64,000 bases of DNA from Vitrella brassicaformis CCMP3155 (GCA_001179505.1 CDMY01000262.1:80595-144594); one strand, 5' to 3'; counted from the first letter of the stretch, positions 36,757 through 50,210 are shown. Notes: generated by a model from the letters alone, not told the origin. Made by a program: numbers and translations.

Positions 36757-39699
36757 GACGACGGAAGCAACACTCCGGCATCCTCCTCCTCTTCCTCCAC
36801 GCCATCATGGCCTCACTCGTCCTCACCAGCGCGTCCTTCCTGCAGGACCAGCGCACCAGACGCGATGACAAAAGGCACCAGCACCAACAGCAGAAGCAGA
36901 AGCAGAAGCAGCAACCACAGGAGAAGAACCCCGCCCGGCAGCGGCTCAGGGACATACGGTCGTCGGCAGCGCACTGGCTGCACAAGAAGGGGGCGCCGAA
37001 GCGTCTGCCGCCACTGGCATGGTGCTCCGACAGGCGGATGACGGCGGCGGTGCCCGTGGGGTATGATCCAGCGCAGATCGGCAAGCGGAGGGGCGGGTTC
37101 GCCAACTCGCCCACCATCAACGATGAGATCGTGAGCTGGAATGACACCGAGTGGCGGCCTGACGGGAAGGGCAACGGCACTGAGGACTGCCGGGCGGTGT
37201 ATGCCTTCAACTTTTTCGGTCTCAAGGCCGACGCGCTGATGGCGTCGGCGGGGTACGATGAGTGCGGCACCACCGTGACGCGCACGGCCCTCTACACCTA
37301 CTACACCAACGTGCTGCGCCTCAACGGGCCCAACAACAATGTCATCGTCACGTGCGCATGCCCTGTCGACCTTCCCACAAACACCTCGCTCGACGACCCA
37401 GTGCCCAGTTGTCAGTCGACGGCCAAGTGGGAGCATGAGTCGACATCCAGACGCGCCTTTCATGGCCGCAACGTCACGAACCCGATGGTGGGTGCGGTGG
37501 GGCGGGGCCACCTGCTGTCGAGCGAGTGGATGGTGGGAGAGAACATGACCATGGCCGTGCAAAAACGAGACGAGTGAGTCAGTCAGGAAGGGGGGAGAGG
37601 GTATTGGCATGGTATCCATGTTGTGAATGTGTGTGTTTGTGTTGTGTGTCAGGGAGCTGGTTTTCGAGTCGGTGATCGAGGGAGAGGCAGCCCATCCGTG
37701 GCCGATGGTGTGTGTGGCCCTCTGCAACGACACCAGTGGCCCAGCCGACCGGTCCAGTGACCGCTGCTCCCGCACCCTAATGCTTGAGGGCTGCCCCGTC
37801 GACGCCGACAATCGCTACAACTTCACGGTCCTCAACCAGACCGCCCACCGCATCGTCTTCTCCTTCTCCCGTGACGCCCTCCCCTCCCCCGCCCCCCCGT
37901 ATAGCGACGCCGTCAGCGTCCGCTGCATGATGGCCGCCTTCCCCCAGCCCCCCTCCAGCAAGGCCATGTGCGAGCTGCAGAAGACATACGCAGCCAAGAG
38001 GCGACGAAGGAAGCTTCAAGAGGACGATCCGGCAACAACAACAACAACAACAACGGCAGCGACAGAGGAGAGGAAGGAAGAGTTCCTTGCCAACGGGACC
38101 AGGAAATGGGACGACCTCGCTGCAGATGCGGAGGGCACGGTGGAGGGTCACGTGTTGAACCCCCTCAACTTCCCTCTCACCGGGCTGCTGGGTGTGCCTG
38201 GTGCCCAGTTCCCCCGCTTCACGCCCTCGGCCGATCGGGTGGCCGTGGAGGTGGCCAACGAGATCGTCTACGACAACTGGCAGGTCAACTGGGGACGCGA
38301 CTTCGCCGAGGCGGAGACGGCCGTCCAAGTGGGCAATGACCTGGCCTTCGTGGGCATCGGTATCGGGGTCGACCAGCGGGAGAGTGCCGTCAACGTGGGC
38401 TACGGCAAGACCACCGTGTCGTATTCGGCGCAAGAGACCGACCTCGAGGCAGGTGTCGGCGTGGCAATCGGGTCATACGGTGTGCGTGTCGATAACGACA
38501 TCGACGATCGGGCCGTGGCCGTCGAGGCGGTCGCCAGAGGCGTCGAATCGGGGACCAACGTCGACATACTCGATCGGTACATAGCTGACACGCATACATC
38601 GAAGACAGACAGACTTAAGCGTGAGTGGCTTGTGGCTTCGTGTTGCAGGGATTACGGTCAGCGCGTCAAGGTCCGCAACTTCGAGTTTGCGGCGCGTCAC
38701 GACTTCTTCGACGTGCAAGACCCCAGCACCTTCGACGACGACGAGCTGGCGACGGAGGTGTTCGTGGGCTACAAGACCACTGCCGTGGCCGTCGGCACCG
38801 ACGTCGACGACACCGAATACGGCGTCAGTGTGGGCACACTTGGGTACCAATTCTCAATCATTCGCGACTTCGACGAGCGGGAAACGGACTTCCAAGGTCA
38901 GCTAAGCGAACGGACGACAGGTTCCTGCCTCCACTCGGCGACTGTGGGCTCTGGTTCTCTATCTATCTGTAGGCAACTGGGGCGATGGCTACCAGCTTGT
39001 CTTGAATGGTTGGAAGGGCCGATGGCCGTGATAGATACCGCCTGAACTTGTCGTGAGTGTGCATTAATTATGTCTGTCTGTGGCGGTTCCTGCAGGTGAC
39101 TTCCCCGACTTCGCCGACACTGAGGTGTTCGGTCAGGTGGGGTTCGGCAAGCTGGGTGGCGTGTACGTGCAGATCGGTGCGGGTGTGGGTGGGGACGGCA
39201 TTCCACAGGGGTCGGCAGAAGTCGAGACCAGGGACATCGGCATTGGATTCGACTTCATCGATGACGGGGGCAGGCGCCTCTTTCTGCTATCAATCACCAT
39301 CGGTGGGTGAGACAGACAGAAATGGATTGGGGAGCACTGGATGAGTGTGGCTTTGTCTTCTGTATGTGTGGTTGATTGGTGCAGGCAAGTTCACGTATGT
39401 GTGGGAAAGGTAAGGACAGACAAGCCACGTGGATTCGCTCGCTGGCCGACGCTCACTGTCCTGCTGTTTCCTTGTCCTTCTTCCCCCCGTGTATGTGTCC
39501 GCGCGATCTTAGCATCGTTGTGCCAGGTAACGCTGCACGTGAGCCATGTCGAGCGTACAAGCGTCCTTATGTCTCTCTCTCTCCCTCTCTGCCTGTGTGT
39601 GTATGTGCAGACAATCTGGAGCTCCCCCTTATACTGGGTTCGGATTTGGGCCTTACCTCCGCCGAGTCGCAGAGCACCACTTTGTCACGCCCCCAATGA
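36741..39699 (+). CDS. Secreted protein with a zona pellucida (ZP-N/ZP-C)-like module, polybasic furin-type site and beta-strand-rich C-terminal domain
   Basis: Hydrophobic leader ILLLFLHAIMASLVLTSA; WCSDRRMTAAVP, DECGTT, YYTNVL, VIVTCACPVD, LMLEGCPVD, RIVFSF, VSVRC, then KRRRRK. The gene itself is well supported (long exons, GT-AG introns); the ZP call rests on motif recognition. Confidence 0.7.
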
Positions 39700-40149
39700 T
39701 GGATGGATGGATGGATGGATGGGCGGGTGGGTGAGTGGCGTATTCGACACATCTATATGGTAGAGAGATGTACGTCCATTATATACATCCGTCAACACGG
39801 GCAGGGGGACAGGCAGTGGGGCAGAAGAGCTGGTCGGTCGGGTCTTCTCTTCACACATACACACACGGGATGGAGGCGAGGCGCTCCGATGGTTTGTTTT
39901 TTTTCGTGCCTATCTCCTCCCTCCCTCCGTTCTGTCTACCGCCTCTCCAGCCACATCTGTCTGTTTTTGGTTCTCGGTCGGTCCAGGCATCGATTGATCG
40001 ATCTATCGAGGCACCTACCTTTCAATCAATGCTGTATGTGTGTGTGTATGTGTGTACAGACTTGTTGTCTTTGATTTGTTCCCGCTTCGCTGATCAGCGG
40101 TGACTAGTCTGTCTGTCTGTCTGTCTCCTTGCGTATTCGTATCGATACG

Positions 40150-41493
40150 TCAAGTCAGTCCAGCTGGGGATGAGGACGACATCATGATCCACACACGGGG
40201 TGTACATACATACGGACGCACGCACACACACATACATACATACTTGAATCGACGAGTATACTGGAGGCCGGACGTCCGTGCATGGGCATACCGGGGGGCG
40301 GGGCGTGTGCGCCGTGTATGGTGTCTGTCTGCGGTGTGTGCGGCGCATGCCGCTAGTCGAATGAGTGAAGGTCATCCTAGGGTGGGGTGTGCGTGGATGA
40401 TCATATGCGATCGATGCGGCGGAGTCGAGTCGAGCCGAGTCGACCAGCAGTAATTCGGTGGGCACTGATTTGTTGTTGTGACGGGAGCTGGGACGGGACA
40501 ATCATGCATGTGTTCTGTCTTAATTGCCGTGCGGAAAGCGAGCGTGGCATTCCATTCCCTTCATGTGTGTGCATCGAAGACCGTGATTCATTCATGTCTG
40601 CATGCCATCTCATGTCAAGAAGGCTTGCTTCGCACAAACATTCTCGGACCTGCCTGGACCTGCGTGTTCGTGTGTGAGTGCGTGTTGGGGCCGGTTGACG
40701 ATGAGGGCAACGCGCTGCTGGGGGGCGCCCAGCAATTTACGGCAGACTGGCTCGAGATATTCCACGTCATCGACACACACAGCTGGCTGGCTGACATCGT
40801 GTGTGTGTGTCGATGACGTGTTGCTAATGCTCATCAGAACAGTCGATTAGCAGGAGTGACACGACCTCCACAGGACAGGAGTGTACGTGACGTAATGAGC
40901 AACCTTGTTTCGATGGACCGCCCCGAGGGGACACCACCGTTGGACGACTCGACTCAATGTGTCAACCCACAAACTGTGAATATATCTTTCTGTACGTATG
41001 GATGTATGTGCGCTGTCGTTGCCACGGACTAGTTGATTGACATGGATGGAAAGAGGGACACCCACAGAGTGCATTCAATGAATTGACGTCTCCGTTGCAC
41101 CAACACGAAACGTCTGATTGGTTGACAATAATTTGACAGCAGGACGAGTGCAAAGCTTACAAAGCGGGAGTGAGAGTGCAATCTGCTTCCCTTGTGTGTT
41201 TCGTCCTCCAGCCGGTAGTCGTTCATCACCTCAGTCAGGGCGGACAGTATCCCAGGCTGCTTCTGGAGGTCAGCCATGTCCGCATGAATTTTCTGAATCC
41301 TCTGGCTGGCGATGCGGGACGCGTAATAGAGAGCGTCTTCATCCGGCGGAATCATATCACTATCGACATCGGCATCATGATCCATCTCGTCCCAACCCGG
41401 ACTTGCCACACACTCTAAATCAGCCATGTCGGTGGAAGCCATCATTTGAATGTCTAAGCTCGCGAGAACGCGATCCAGGCATTTACAGGCCAT
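40150..41493 (-). CDS. Hypothetical multi-exon gene, structure uncertain
   Basis: The first exon MACKCLDRV...YRLEDE looks coding and ends near a GTAAGC donor; downstream exons could not be fixed reliably. Confidence 0.4.
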
Positions 41494-41608
41494 TTGGAGG
41501 AAAAAATTGAGCCCGTCAGCCTGAAGTGATTGCCTGATTGACCTTTGTCCTGCGCACGGCTCACAGAGCGACTTGATTCATCCAGAATCGGACACGCAGC
41601 CAGGAGCG

Positions 41609-41975
41609 ATGGACAGCAGCAGCGCTGACGGCCGCCTCAAGCAGATCGAGAATTTGCTGGTGCGGATCATGGCGTCGTACCACAGCATGGAGATCACCCT
41701 CAATGCAGTCCTGGCCCGCAACAGACAGCTGGAGGCCGAGAATGCTGCATTGAAGCGGTGAGGCAAATCAGCGGAGTGAGTCATTGATTGATTCAATCTC
41801 ATGCAGGCGAGTGAGAGACACCACGACGACATTCGACAGTGACGGACAGCCCGTCAACAAGTCTGCTAAGGTGCGCTGCCTCATCACACACAGACAAAGA
41901 GGCCGGCAGAAGACACCATCTGCGTGTTTTGATCAACAGATGAGTGTCTGAGTCAGAGTAGGAGCGGAGAGGAGG
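41609..41975 (+). CDS. Small hypothetical coiled-coil protein (2-3 exons)
   Basis: MDSSSADGRLKQIENLLVRI...LARNRQLEAENAALKR with a GTGAGG donor and an in-frame second exon; last exon uncertain. Confidence 0.55.
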
Positions 41976-42296
41976 AGTGAAGAGGTCGAGGTGTACAGAG
42001 GAGTGAGTGAGTGAGTGACTCTGACTGAATGTGTGATCCACGGCCGTGTGGACTTCTGCGGACGGGTGGGGTGACTGGCTGAGTGATTGAGTGCGTGAGT
42101 GGAATGCGCAGAGGATGGTCGTCCAGACAAACGAGCTGATTGACTGACTGAGTGAGCGAGGAGATGATCCGCGAAGAACTGACAGAGCCTGTCTCTCTCA
42201 ACCAATCATGCATGATGTCGTGATCATCATGAAGACAACACTGACAATTGTCAGGGCAACAAGGCAAAGCTCGTCAGACTCTCGAACGCGCCGTGT

Positions 42297-45200
42297 TCAC
42301 TCGTTTTGCTTTTTGCGCCCTTGGTACCAGAAGAAGATCAAAGCAATCAGGTTGAACCTACACAAAGCCAGAGAGACCCGCATCACATACACATGCACTC
42401 TCTCTCTCTCTTTGTATGCACTCACCCGACGACCATCGCAGCCAGGACGGGCACGTCCCGCTCCCACAGGTCATCCTTGCGCACCGCCAGGAACTTGAGC
42501 ACGTCATTGCCGTCACGGAAGCGACAGTCGGTACCACCGCATTCGATTGCCTGGTTCTCGGGGAACGTCCAAACCACCTGACACACGAGAGCAGAGCAGA
42601 GCAGTGTGGGTGGGTGGGTGGGTGTCTCTTCCTGTGATACTGTTGTTATGGGTGGGGACCGTTGCGAAGGCTGAGAAGCCGTATTTGAAGAAACTCAGGT
42701 ACTCCAGCCACACCCAGCCGGGGCCAATGGTGTCTGCGTGGACAGACAGGCACGAGAAAGGGAGACATGATAATTTACTGGGTGGTGTCTTTGCCTGTGT
42801 TGACGAAGAAGCCCCCAAAAAGCATGAGAGGCATGGCGATCAGGGGGCCGAGCGCCAGCGCAACCGCCACCTGGAGGATTACGCGTGATCGATACACAAC
42901 TGGCTAAGCTGTTTGTGGGCGTGCGCTTGCCGAGGTGCAGGCTGTTGAGACAAGGCTGAAGACACGCATGAAGGCAAGTCTCGCTGTTGTCTTCTGTGCG
43001 TGCCTGGCTCTTACTATCCGAGCGAGATGGCGGCATTGGCGGTGAGAATGATGATGAGCACCGAGAGGATGAACGTGACGCCATCTGCAGGAGATCGCAG
43101 ACCACATCAACAACAGCATCATTCAGACGTCCCGGTTGGCGAGCGGCAAGGACGCCAAGCGGTGCGAGGCGCACTACACCGCCAGATACCGGGATTCAAG
43201 CCCATCATCCAGTAGGAGATCCTACACACCCAAAGAGAAATGGAGGCCAGTCTAAGGCGCAAAGCGGGCCGGATAGCTGTGCACTCACGAGCAGAATAGG
43301 GCAGGAAAGATGATCTACAGACGACAGAAAAGGTGATCTCAGCTTTTTCAGTAGACGTATCCGCTGTCCCACTGACTTGGAATGGGATGTTGCTCAGGAT
43401 TTTGCAGAGGAAATAGGCAGTGGTACTGTACGACCCTGACTCGTGCTCGCGCATGGCGATAGGTCTTTCCATTGGGAACACTTGCAACACACCGAAGATG
43501 CCCATGATGCTCTGGAGAGCGAGACATGACGTACCATCTTCCGGGATGCTACTGCAGGGACATGGACACCTGCTGACCTGGTTGGTGACTATGAAGAAAA
43601 TCCCTCCATTCTTGTCCTGCACACTGCGTTGCCCGTCGCCGAGCCTGAACAGAGACCGATGGATAGAGGAAGCGGAACTGACACTGCCTGATGAACTACG
43701 CGCGTACTGATAGAAGATGAGGCCCACAAGGAGGCCGAGGATGAGTGTCTGACCAAGGCGGGCCACCGTGAGCACGGGGTCGCGAGAGGTCATCTTCATT
43801 TCACGATTCAACAACACCATAAACTGCATGGGCCTGGATGAGGCAAGCAACAGGCGGAGACAGACCGAGGACAGCTGAGTTGTTGCTGCCTGATCGATTG
43901 ACTGCATGGGGCTGACCAGCTGACGGCAAAGTGGCCTTTGATGTTGATGGCGGCGTTGTCAGTGGCTGGGTCACTGGTAAAGTCGCAAAAAAAAAGGGTG
44001 CAGAGCGCGGAAATGTTCGCTTGCACAATCGGCGCCGCCGAAAGCTGCTCACCCCTGCTCGCAAGCGAAATCCTCTTCGTCCTTCACGTGGGTCTTCACC
44101 TGGCCGAACGCGCACAAACACACACATCGAACGCACATTTGGAGGCTCAGTGGCTCACTTCATCCATGTGTCACCCATTCTGCATTGAAGGTCTCTCCCT
44201 TTTCCTTCCACTGTTTCGCCATGTTGTCAATTTCCGCCATTTTGACTGTGTCATCGGATCTCACAGCCAAAACTGAGAAAGAGACAGCATTGGTTCGTTT
44301 GCATTGGTGTGCCTGTGTGTCTCTGTCCTGATGGTTTCTGTACCACGAATGATGTAGTCAGCGGGGTTCGAAAACTGCACGCACCCCAAATCAAGCACGT
44401 AGAAGGAGAGATGGTGCCTTTCCTTACCTGTGGGCACTGGTACCCCAGTCTGCAAAATGGAAACCAGAAACAGCCTGCACTCGCTCTCTCTCGCCTTTTC
44501 CTGGCTCCATGTCTATCTTGCCTCACCGCGAGAAGTACGTAACAGCGCCCTCGAGTTCGCCATAGTAGACTATTTTGCCCTCCGCCATGTACATGACCTT
44601 GTCGAACATGGCGTAGATCTCAGAACTCGGCTGATGAATCGTTGCAATCACCGTGCGACCTGAAGGTGGAAAGAAATGAATGCCTAGCCCACACTCAATG
44701 ATCGGGATTGGATGCGTGAAAACGCACCTGCACGGGCGAGATACTTCATTGTCTCGACAACCGACTGAGCCATAAAGGCGTCAAGTCCACTGGTCGGCTG
44801 CAGAGACACATCCGATGTGCAAACACACGCGTCTTCGGCAGACAATCACGCTCGACGCAACGAATACGCTCAACGCAACAAGTTACCTCGTCAGCGAACA
44901 GGACGGAGGGGTTCGTGAGCACCTCTGTGCCGAACGCCAGACGCTTACGCTCTCCGCCACTGATGCCTCTGCAAGTTGCAAGGAGAGGCAGTCAGAAGAC
45001 TGTGCTCTTCTTCACCCAGTGAGTGATGTGTCACAAGCACAAACCGTCCGTGTCCGGCCTGCACGTTTCCAATGAAGTGGTGCTGCGCCTTGGCCAAGTT
45101 GAGCAGCGCGATTACTTTGTCGACCTTTTGTTCTTTTTTGTCCAACGGGATGTGAGAAGGCAGCCGGAGGCGGGCCTGGTACATCAACTGCTCGCGAACT

Positions 45201-46015
45201 GTGAGATTCCCAAAGAACATATCCTCCTGCATCGATTCATAAAATGCAGCCGTCATGAGATGTGCAATGGAATCGTCGGACGCTTCGCTTGCCTGCTGCA
45301 CGAAGGCGCTGATGCGGGTGAAGTGTTCGTCACACTGCCGACCGTTGTACGTGACTTCGCCTCCGTGTGACGTGATGCGACGAGACAAGACTGCATATAC
45401 ACAAAGATATACAAAAAAGTAGTGGCGGCTATCAAAAGACTTCTCTTCTTACCATTGAGAAGGGTGGACTTTCCTGCACCGCTGTATGTATGTAAGAGAC
45501 ACAAGCGACAAATCCAGATGCTTCAGATGCATCAAAGTCGTGTCTCACCTCGCACCCATGACCGCAACTGCATACCAAGAAGGCACACCCAGTGCATGCT
45601 CTTTTCTATTATTGGCTTGATATGTGGCCCGACAGCTCACGCACCGAGTGTGCCTGGCTCGATGGCGCCTGATACTTCATGCAGGATGCGCTTCTTGGGG
45701 ATGGTCTTCTTCTCCCGGTGATCCTTGATCATCTGGGCAATCTTCACACAAGGCAGGCCCTTCTTCGGCTCAGCCTTGGGAGTGACCTCCACTGACACGG
45801 CAAGACAACACTCACTTGTGCATGTTCTCCCATTGTTTTGTCTCACCGACGATGTTCTTGAACTCCAGGCGGATCCCCTCACATTCCGGGAGGCTCAACT
45901 TGCGCTGCTTGCAAGGGGATCCCTCAGCCCCAGCCTCACCCACGTCCACCGCCACCTCACCGTCCTGCTTGTCGTCGGAGACCTCATGCACCTCCTGGTT
46001 CTGGTGATCATCCAT
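42297..46015 (-). CDS. ABCG: ABCG (White-like) half transporter, NBD-TMD order
   Basis: Walker [10 protein letters not shown], signature ISGGERKRL, Walker B LFADE then PTSGLD, TIHQPS, TMD with YLSFFKYGF; ends [13 protein letters not shown]. Confidence 0.93.
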
Positions 46016-46282
46016 CGTGAATAAGCTGCAAACAAACAGGGGGTATCAACACATCAGCCTGTTCATTGGACGTGTTCTTTGTGCATTGAAATCACACCAA
46101 AATCAGGCGGAATACCGGGGGGTGTTCAAGCCGTGCTTTCTTGTCAATGTGGCCCCCACACGGAGCCCTTGTATCAGCCGCTCTCTGCTGCACACAAGCA
46201 CTTAAAACACACAGCGCTCAACGGGAGCGATCCGATTCGGTTTGAGCTCGCAAAATTGCGAGCTGTTCATTTTGTGAAGGCG

Positions 46283-49200
46283 ATGGCTGCTAAAAACTAT
46301 GAGGATCTCTTGCAGCAGAGTAAGCTGAGGCCAATGCATATATGTCAAAAAATGAGCCGCGCGGCCATGCATTCACTTGGCTTCATGGCATTGCATCATT
46401 TGTCAGTTCAAACGTATGAAAGGGACCTGACGGCCACGGTCAAGGCAGCGGAACGCTTCCGGGAGGACAACCGGGCTCTCAAAGACGTAATCGCCAGAAA
46501 TCCACCGCATAGCAGCCGTCGATTGATGCTGCGCGTGATCCTTCATGTCAGACGTGCGAGTCACTGCAGAGGGCCCAGGGAGAGCTCAAGGGCATCAACG
46601 CCGAGGCCAAAAGGCAACTCAAGAACGTAAGCAGCCAGCACAAGTGGCACATGCACATGGACTATATGTGTGTGTGCTTGCCTGCAGTATGTTGCCAAGC
46701 TCTCGGACTATCAGCAGCGCCACGACGCAGAGCGGGCGGCGCTCCAGGGCGAAATAGAGGCGCAGGCAGAGGTGAGTGAAATCAATGACACAGCTACCCT
46801 TTCAGGGAGGCGAGGCGTCCAGCAGATGTGTCTGGTCTGAATCTGTGTCTGCCTAGGAGATAGATGCCCTGCATCGCCAGCTGCTGGAGCGACAGAACTT
46901 CGTAGGCGTTGACACATGGAACGAGCCGCTGAAATGTGCGAATGTAATGTGTGGCTGTCTGTATGCAGGATGAGCAGCATCGCCTGTCGTTGCAGAACGA
47001 GGTAGAGGGGCCGTTCATTGAGGTACATGCAGATGCATCCATACATGCATTCAGGCCGAAACTTCACCTTGCGCATCGTCTCTTCCCTTTTCAGCGTATT
47101 TGCAGGCTAGAGTCCGCTCTTGACAAGGAGCGCCGCACATCCAGCGATCTCCAACGCACAAATCAGGTGAGCGAACTACACAACAGACAAGAACTCTCCT
47201 TTGTCTTGCCAACGTGTGCGTGCTTGGGTGCAGTCTCTCCGCTTCACGCACGAGAGCGAGAAGGCTGACCTGCAGGCGCAGCTGAGGGACCTGCGGGCCA
47301 AGAGCGAGCACCAGAGGACGGAACTGCTCGCCGAAGTAGACGAACTCAAGGCGCAGCTCAGGGCGAAGGTAGCAACGGCACCACGGACAGAGATGGATGT
47401 CGTGCACATTCCTTTGTCTCTCCCTCGGTCTGCATCAGGAAGATCTGGAGAGCTCCAACGCCAAGCTGAAGAAGGACGCAGAGGAGGCGCGGTGAGATGA
47501 AGAGCAGGGGTATGCACACCTTCTCTTGTCTTCCCCCCGCAGCATTAAAGCTACTCAGCTCAAGAAGGAAGTAGAGGAGCTCGAAAGCCAATGCGTAGGA
47601 GACCCATTCATACACACATTCCTTTCCTCACTGTCTGTCTCTCTTTACAACAACGCAACAGACTAGAGTTGTCCGTCAGAAGAGCACTGAGATCGACTCG
47701 CTCAAAAGCGAAATGGTGCAGCATCAGGCCGAGGCCTCCAAATGGAGGTAAGCATAGGCACGTCACATGCAAACGGCTCAGTGTGACACCTACGTGTGTT
47801 GCGTCGCTTGCAGGAGCGAGGCGGAGAAGAGGGACCGCACGCTCTCCAAACTCACTGCAGAGTGAGGAGAAAAAGAACAATATAATGCAATTTGCGTACG
47901 GATGCTTTGCATTGTCCTGTGCTCCATACCTGTCGATCGATCCAACAGATTGGCAGCTGTAGCCGAGGAGCGGAATCACCTGGCGCAGGAATTCGACCGA
48001 CACAAAAGCGTAAAAGAAATCGGCAAAAGATGTACGTTCATGGATCCGTGAGCTGCGAGTCTTGTGTGTGTGTGTGTGTGTGTGTGTGCAGAGTTGGTCA
48101 GAGCGGTTGCGTGACGTGGAGAACAAGTGGATCAAGGAGACACACGACGTGCGCCAGCGCCTCGAGGAAGAGCAACGAAGATGTATAGACGTAAGAACCA
48201 CACCAAGCCACTACACCGATCTTCAGTATGGACATACTGCAGCTGACTGAGGCCCAGCAGCGGGCGCAGGAGTCGTTCGAGGGCCGGCTGTCTGAGAAGA
48301 AGGCCGCTCACCGAGCCCTCAAGCGGCAGCTCGATCAGCACCAGAGCGAAGGCGACATGGATGTCCAGCAGATGAAGGATGGATACGAATCCAAGGTGGG
48401 TCGACCATCACACACGAAGGGAGGGGGAGGGGGAGTGCAGATGTGTGTATTCCTTGCCTTGCTGTCTGCTCATGCAGCTGCACGAGTTGGAGATGGAGAG
48501 GGATGCGCTGCGTGACGAAGCTGAGAATGCCCGCAACACACAGAAGAAGCTGCAGAGCGAGGCCAACACACAGGTGAACCGCGATACGCTTATTCAGACA
48601 CCAGCCACACATCAACCGGCGACCATTGTCAGTTGGAGAGTTTGTCTGAGGAGTTGGAGAAGGCCCAGGAGGAGAACCTCACACTCACCGCTAAATGCGA
48701 CAAGGCCAGCAACCAGGTGGCCTATACAGCGCGAGACATCCTTCGTATCAATTATCTGTGTCGCGTTGTTTCCAGCTTCGTGTGACGGAGTGCTCCTATG
48801 AGAAGCGCCTGATCGAACACGAAACGCTTAAAAAAGACTATCAAAGCCTCCAGGCAAGCCACCAGAGACACTCACTCATGCTTGTTGTACGAAAGGCCCC
48901 GTATAGCGATTTATCCTTTTCGCTTCCTGCAGGGTCGCCATCGCGAGTTGATGGGTCGTGTTGAGGGCCTTCAGAAGACCGACGCGACCAACCATGACCT
49001 GATCGCAAAACTCAAGAGCGAACTGGTGGGCATGCAGGCTCGGACGCAGCCCCGTCACCCAGAGATCGTTCTACATGTATGGAACAGGCCTCGACGTCCA
49101 TCCGTTTGGATCGTGAGCGCCGCGACAACCAGGAGGAACTCAACAGGGTGCAGCATGTGAGCTGAGACACGCTTACACAAAGCTTCACACCCGCATTTTT

Positions 49201-50210
49201 GCTGTGCGTGTCATTTGCGCGCGTGCAGTCGAAGCAGCAGGAGAGTGAGAAGCTGAGACACGAGCTGGAGAGCATGGCCAAGTGAGTGAGCATTTGGGAC
49301 CAAATGCCAGGAATCCGATTGCTGTCTCTGTCTGTGTGAACTTCCCAGGTTGTGTGATAGTCAGTCTGCCGAGTTTGCGCGCCTCAAGACGGCGTCCAAG
49401 CAGCTCTTCACCAAAGCCAAGAAGAGAACAAGAGACCTCAAGACCAAGGCACAGGTAGCCGCACACGGAGAAACATCTCGTACGAGAGCGTCAACCACCC
49501 ATGGCTTTGCTTCCCCGCTCTGCTCAGTTGCTGGCCCAGCGTGTGCAGCAGATCCAGTCTGAGAAGCAGGTCTTGTGGCAGAACTTCCAGGCCACACGGG
49601 TCCGCCATGCAAAGAACCAGAAGCTGAGTGCTTTCTCGTCTACCCTTGGAGTATTGTCTTGTCTTGCCCTCGATGCAGGAGGGGTATGAGATTCGCATTC
49701 GTGACCTGGAGTGTTCCCGCAAGTGTGAGCTAGACTCCCTCGTCGGCTTGGCCGTGCCCCTCCATGCCAACTCAAAAATGATCCAGGTGTGCATATGCCT
49801 TGCCTTGCAAGTGCGCGCCACACACACTTGCAATCCCTCTCTCTGCCCTTGTCTGTCTCGCCTTGCCTGTCGTCCCTCAGGACATGCTATCGAGTGCGTC
49901 TGCCTACCGCCGGCAGATCGACCAGCTGCGCGAGAACCTCTCCATCCAAGCGGCCACCTACCTGCCGCCAGGCGATGACCGAGACAGGGACGCCAAGGCG
50001 CAGGCCAATGGCCACGTGTCTGGTGTGTCGGATGTGATGTCGAGCCTGCCCTTCGAGGGCTTGAAGCTCAAGGAGCAGGTGGCGGCCGCCGCATCCATGA
50101 CCAATAGCGGAGGGCAGACATCGGAGCTGGCACTCGTCAAGACGGCGGGCAATGGCAATGGCGGGAGAGGCGCTGGCGGAGGGGGCGAGGGGGGCAGCTC
50201 ACGACAGTGA
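46283..50210 (+). CDS. Long coiled-coil protein, CEP83/CCDC41-like (tentative)
   Basis: Many short heptad-rich exons. Spliced LSLQNEVEGPFIERICRLESALDKERR resembles, from memory, the CEP83 segment [26 protein letters not shown]. Confidence 0.55.

Noticed and set aside
38200-39310. Bacterial porin from contaminating DNA
   Set aside because: The domain is contiguous in one exon with the eukaryotic secreted module and is interrupted by local-style GT-AG introns.
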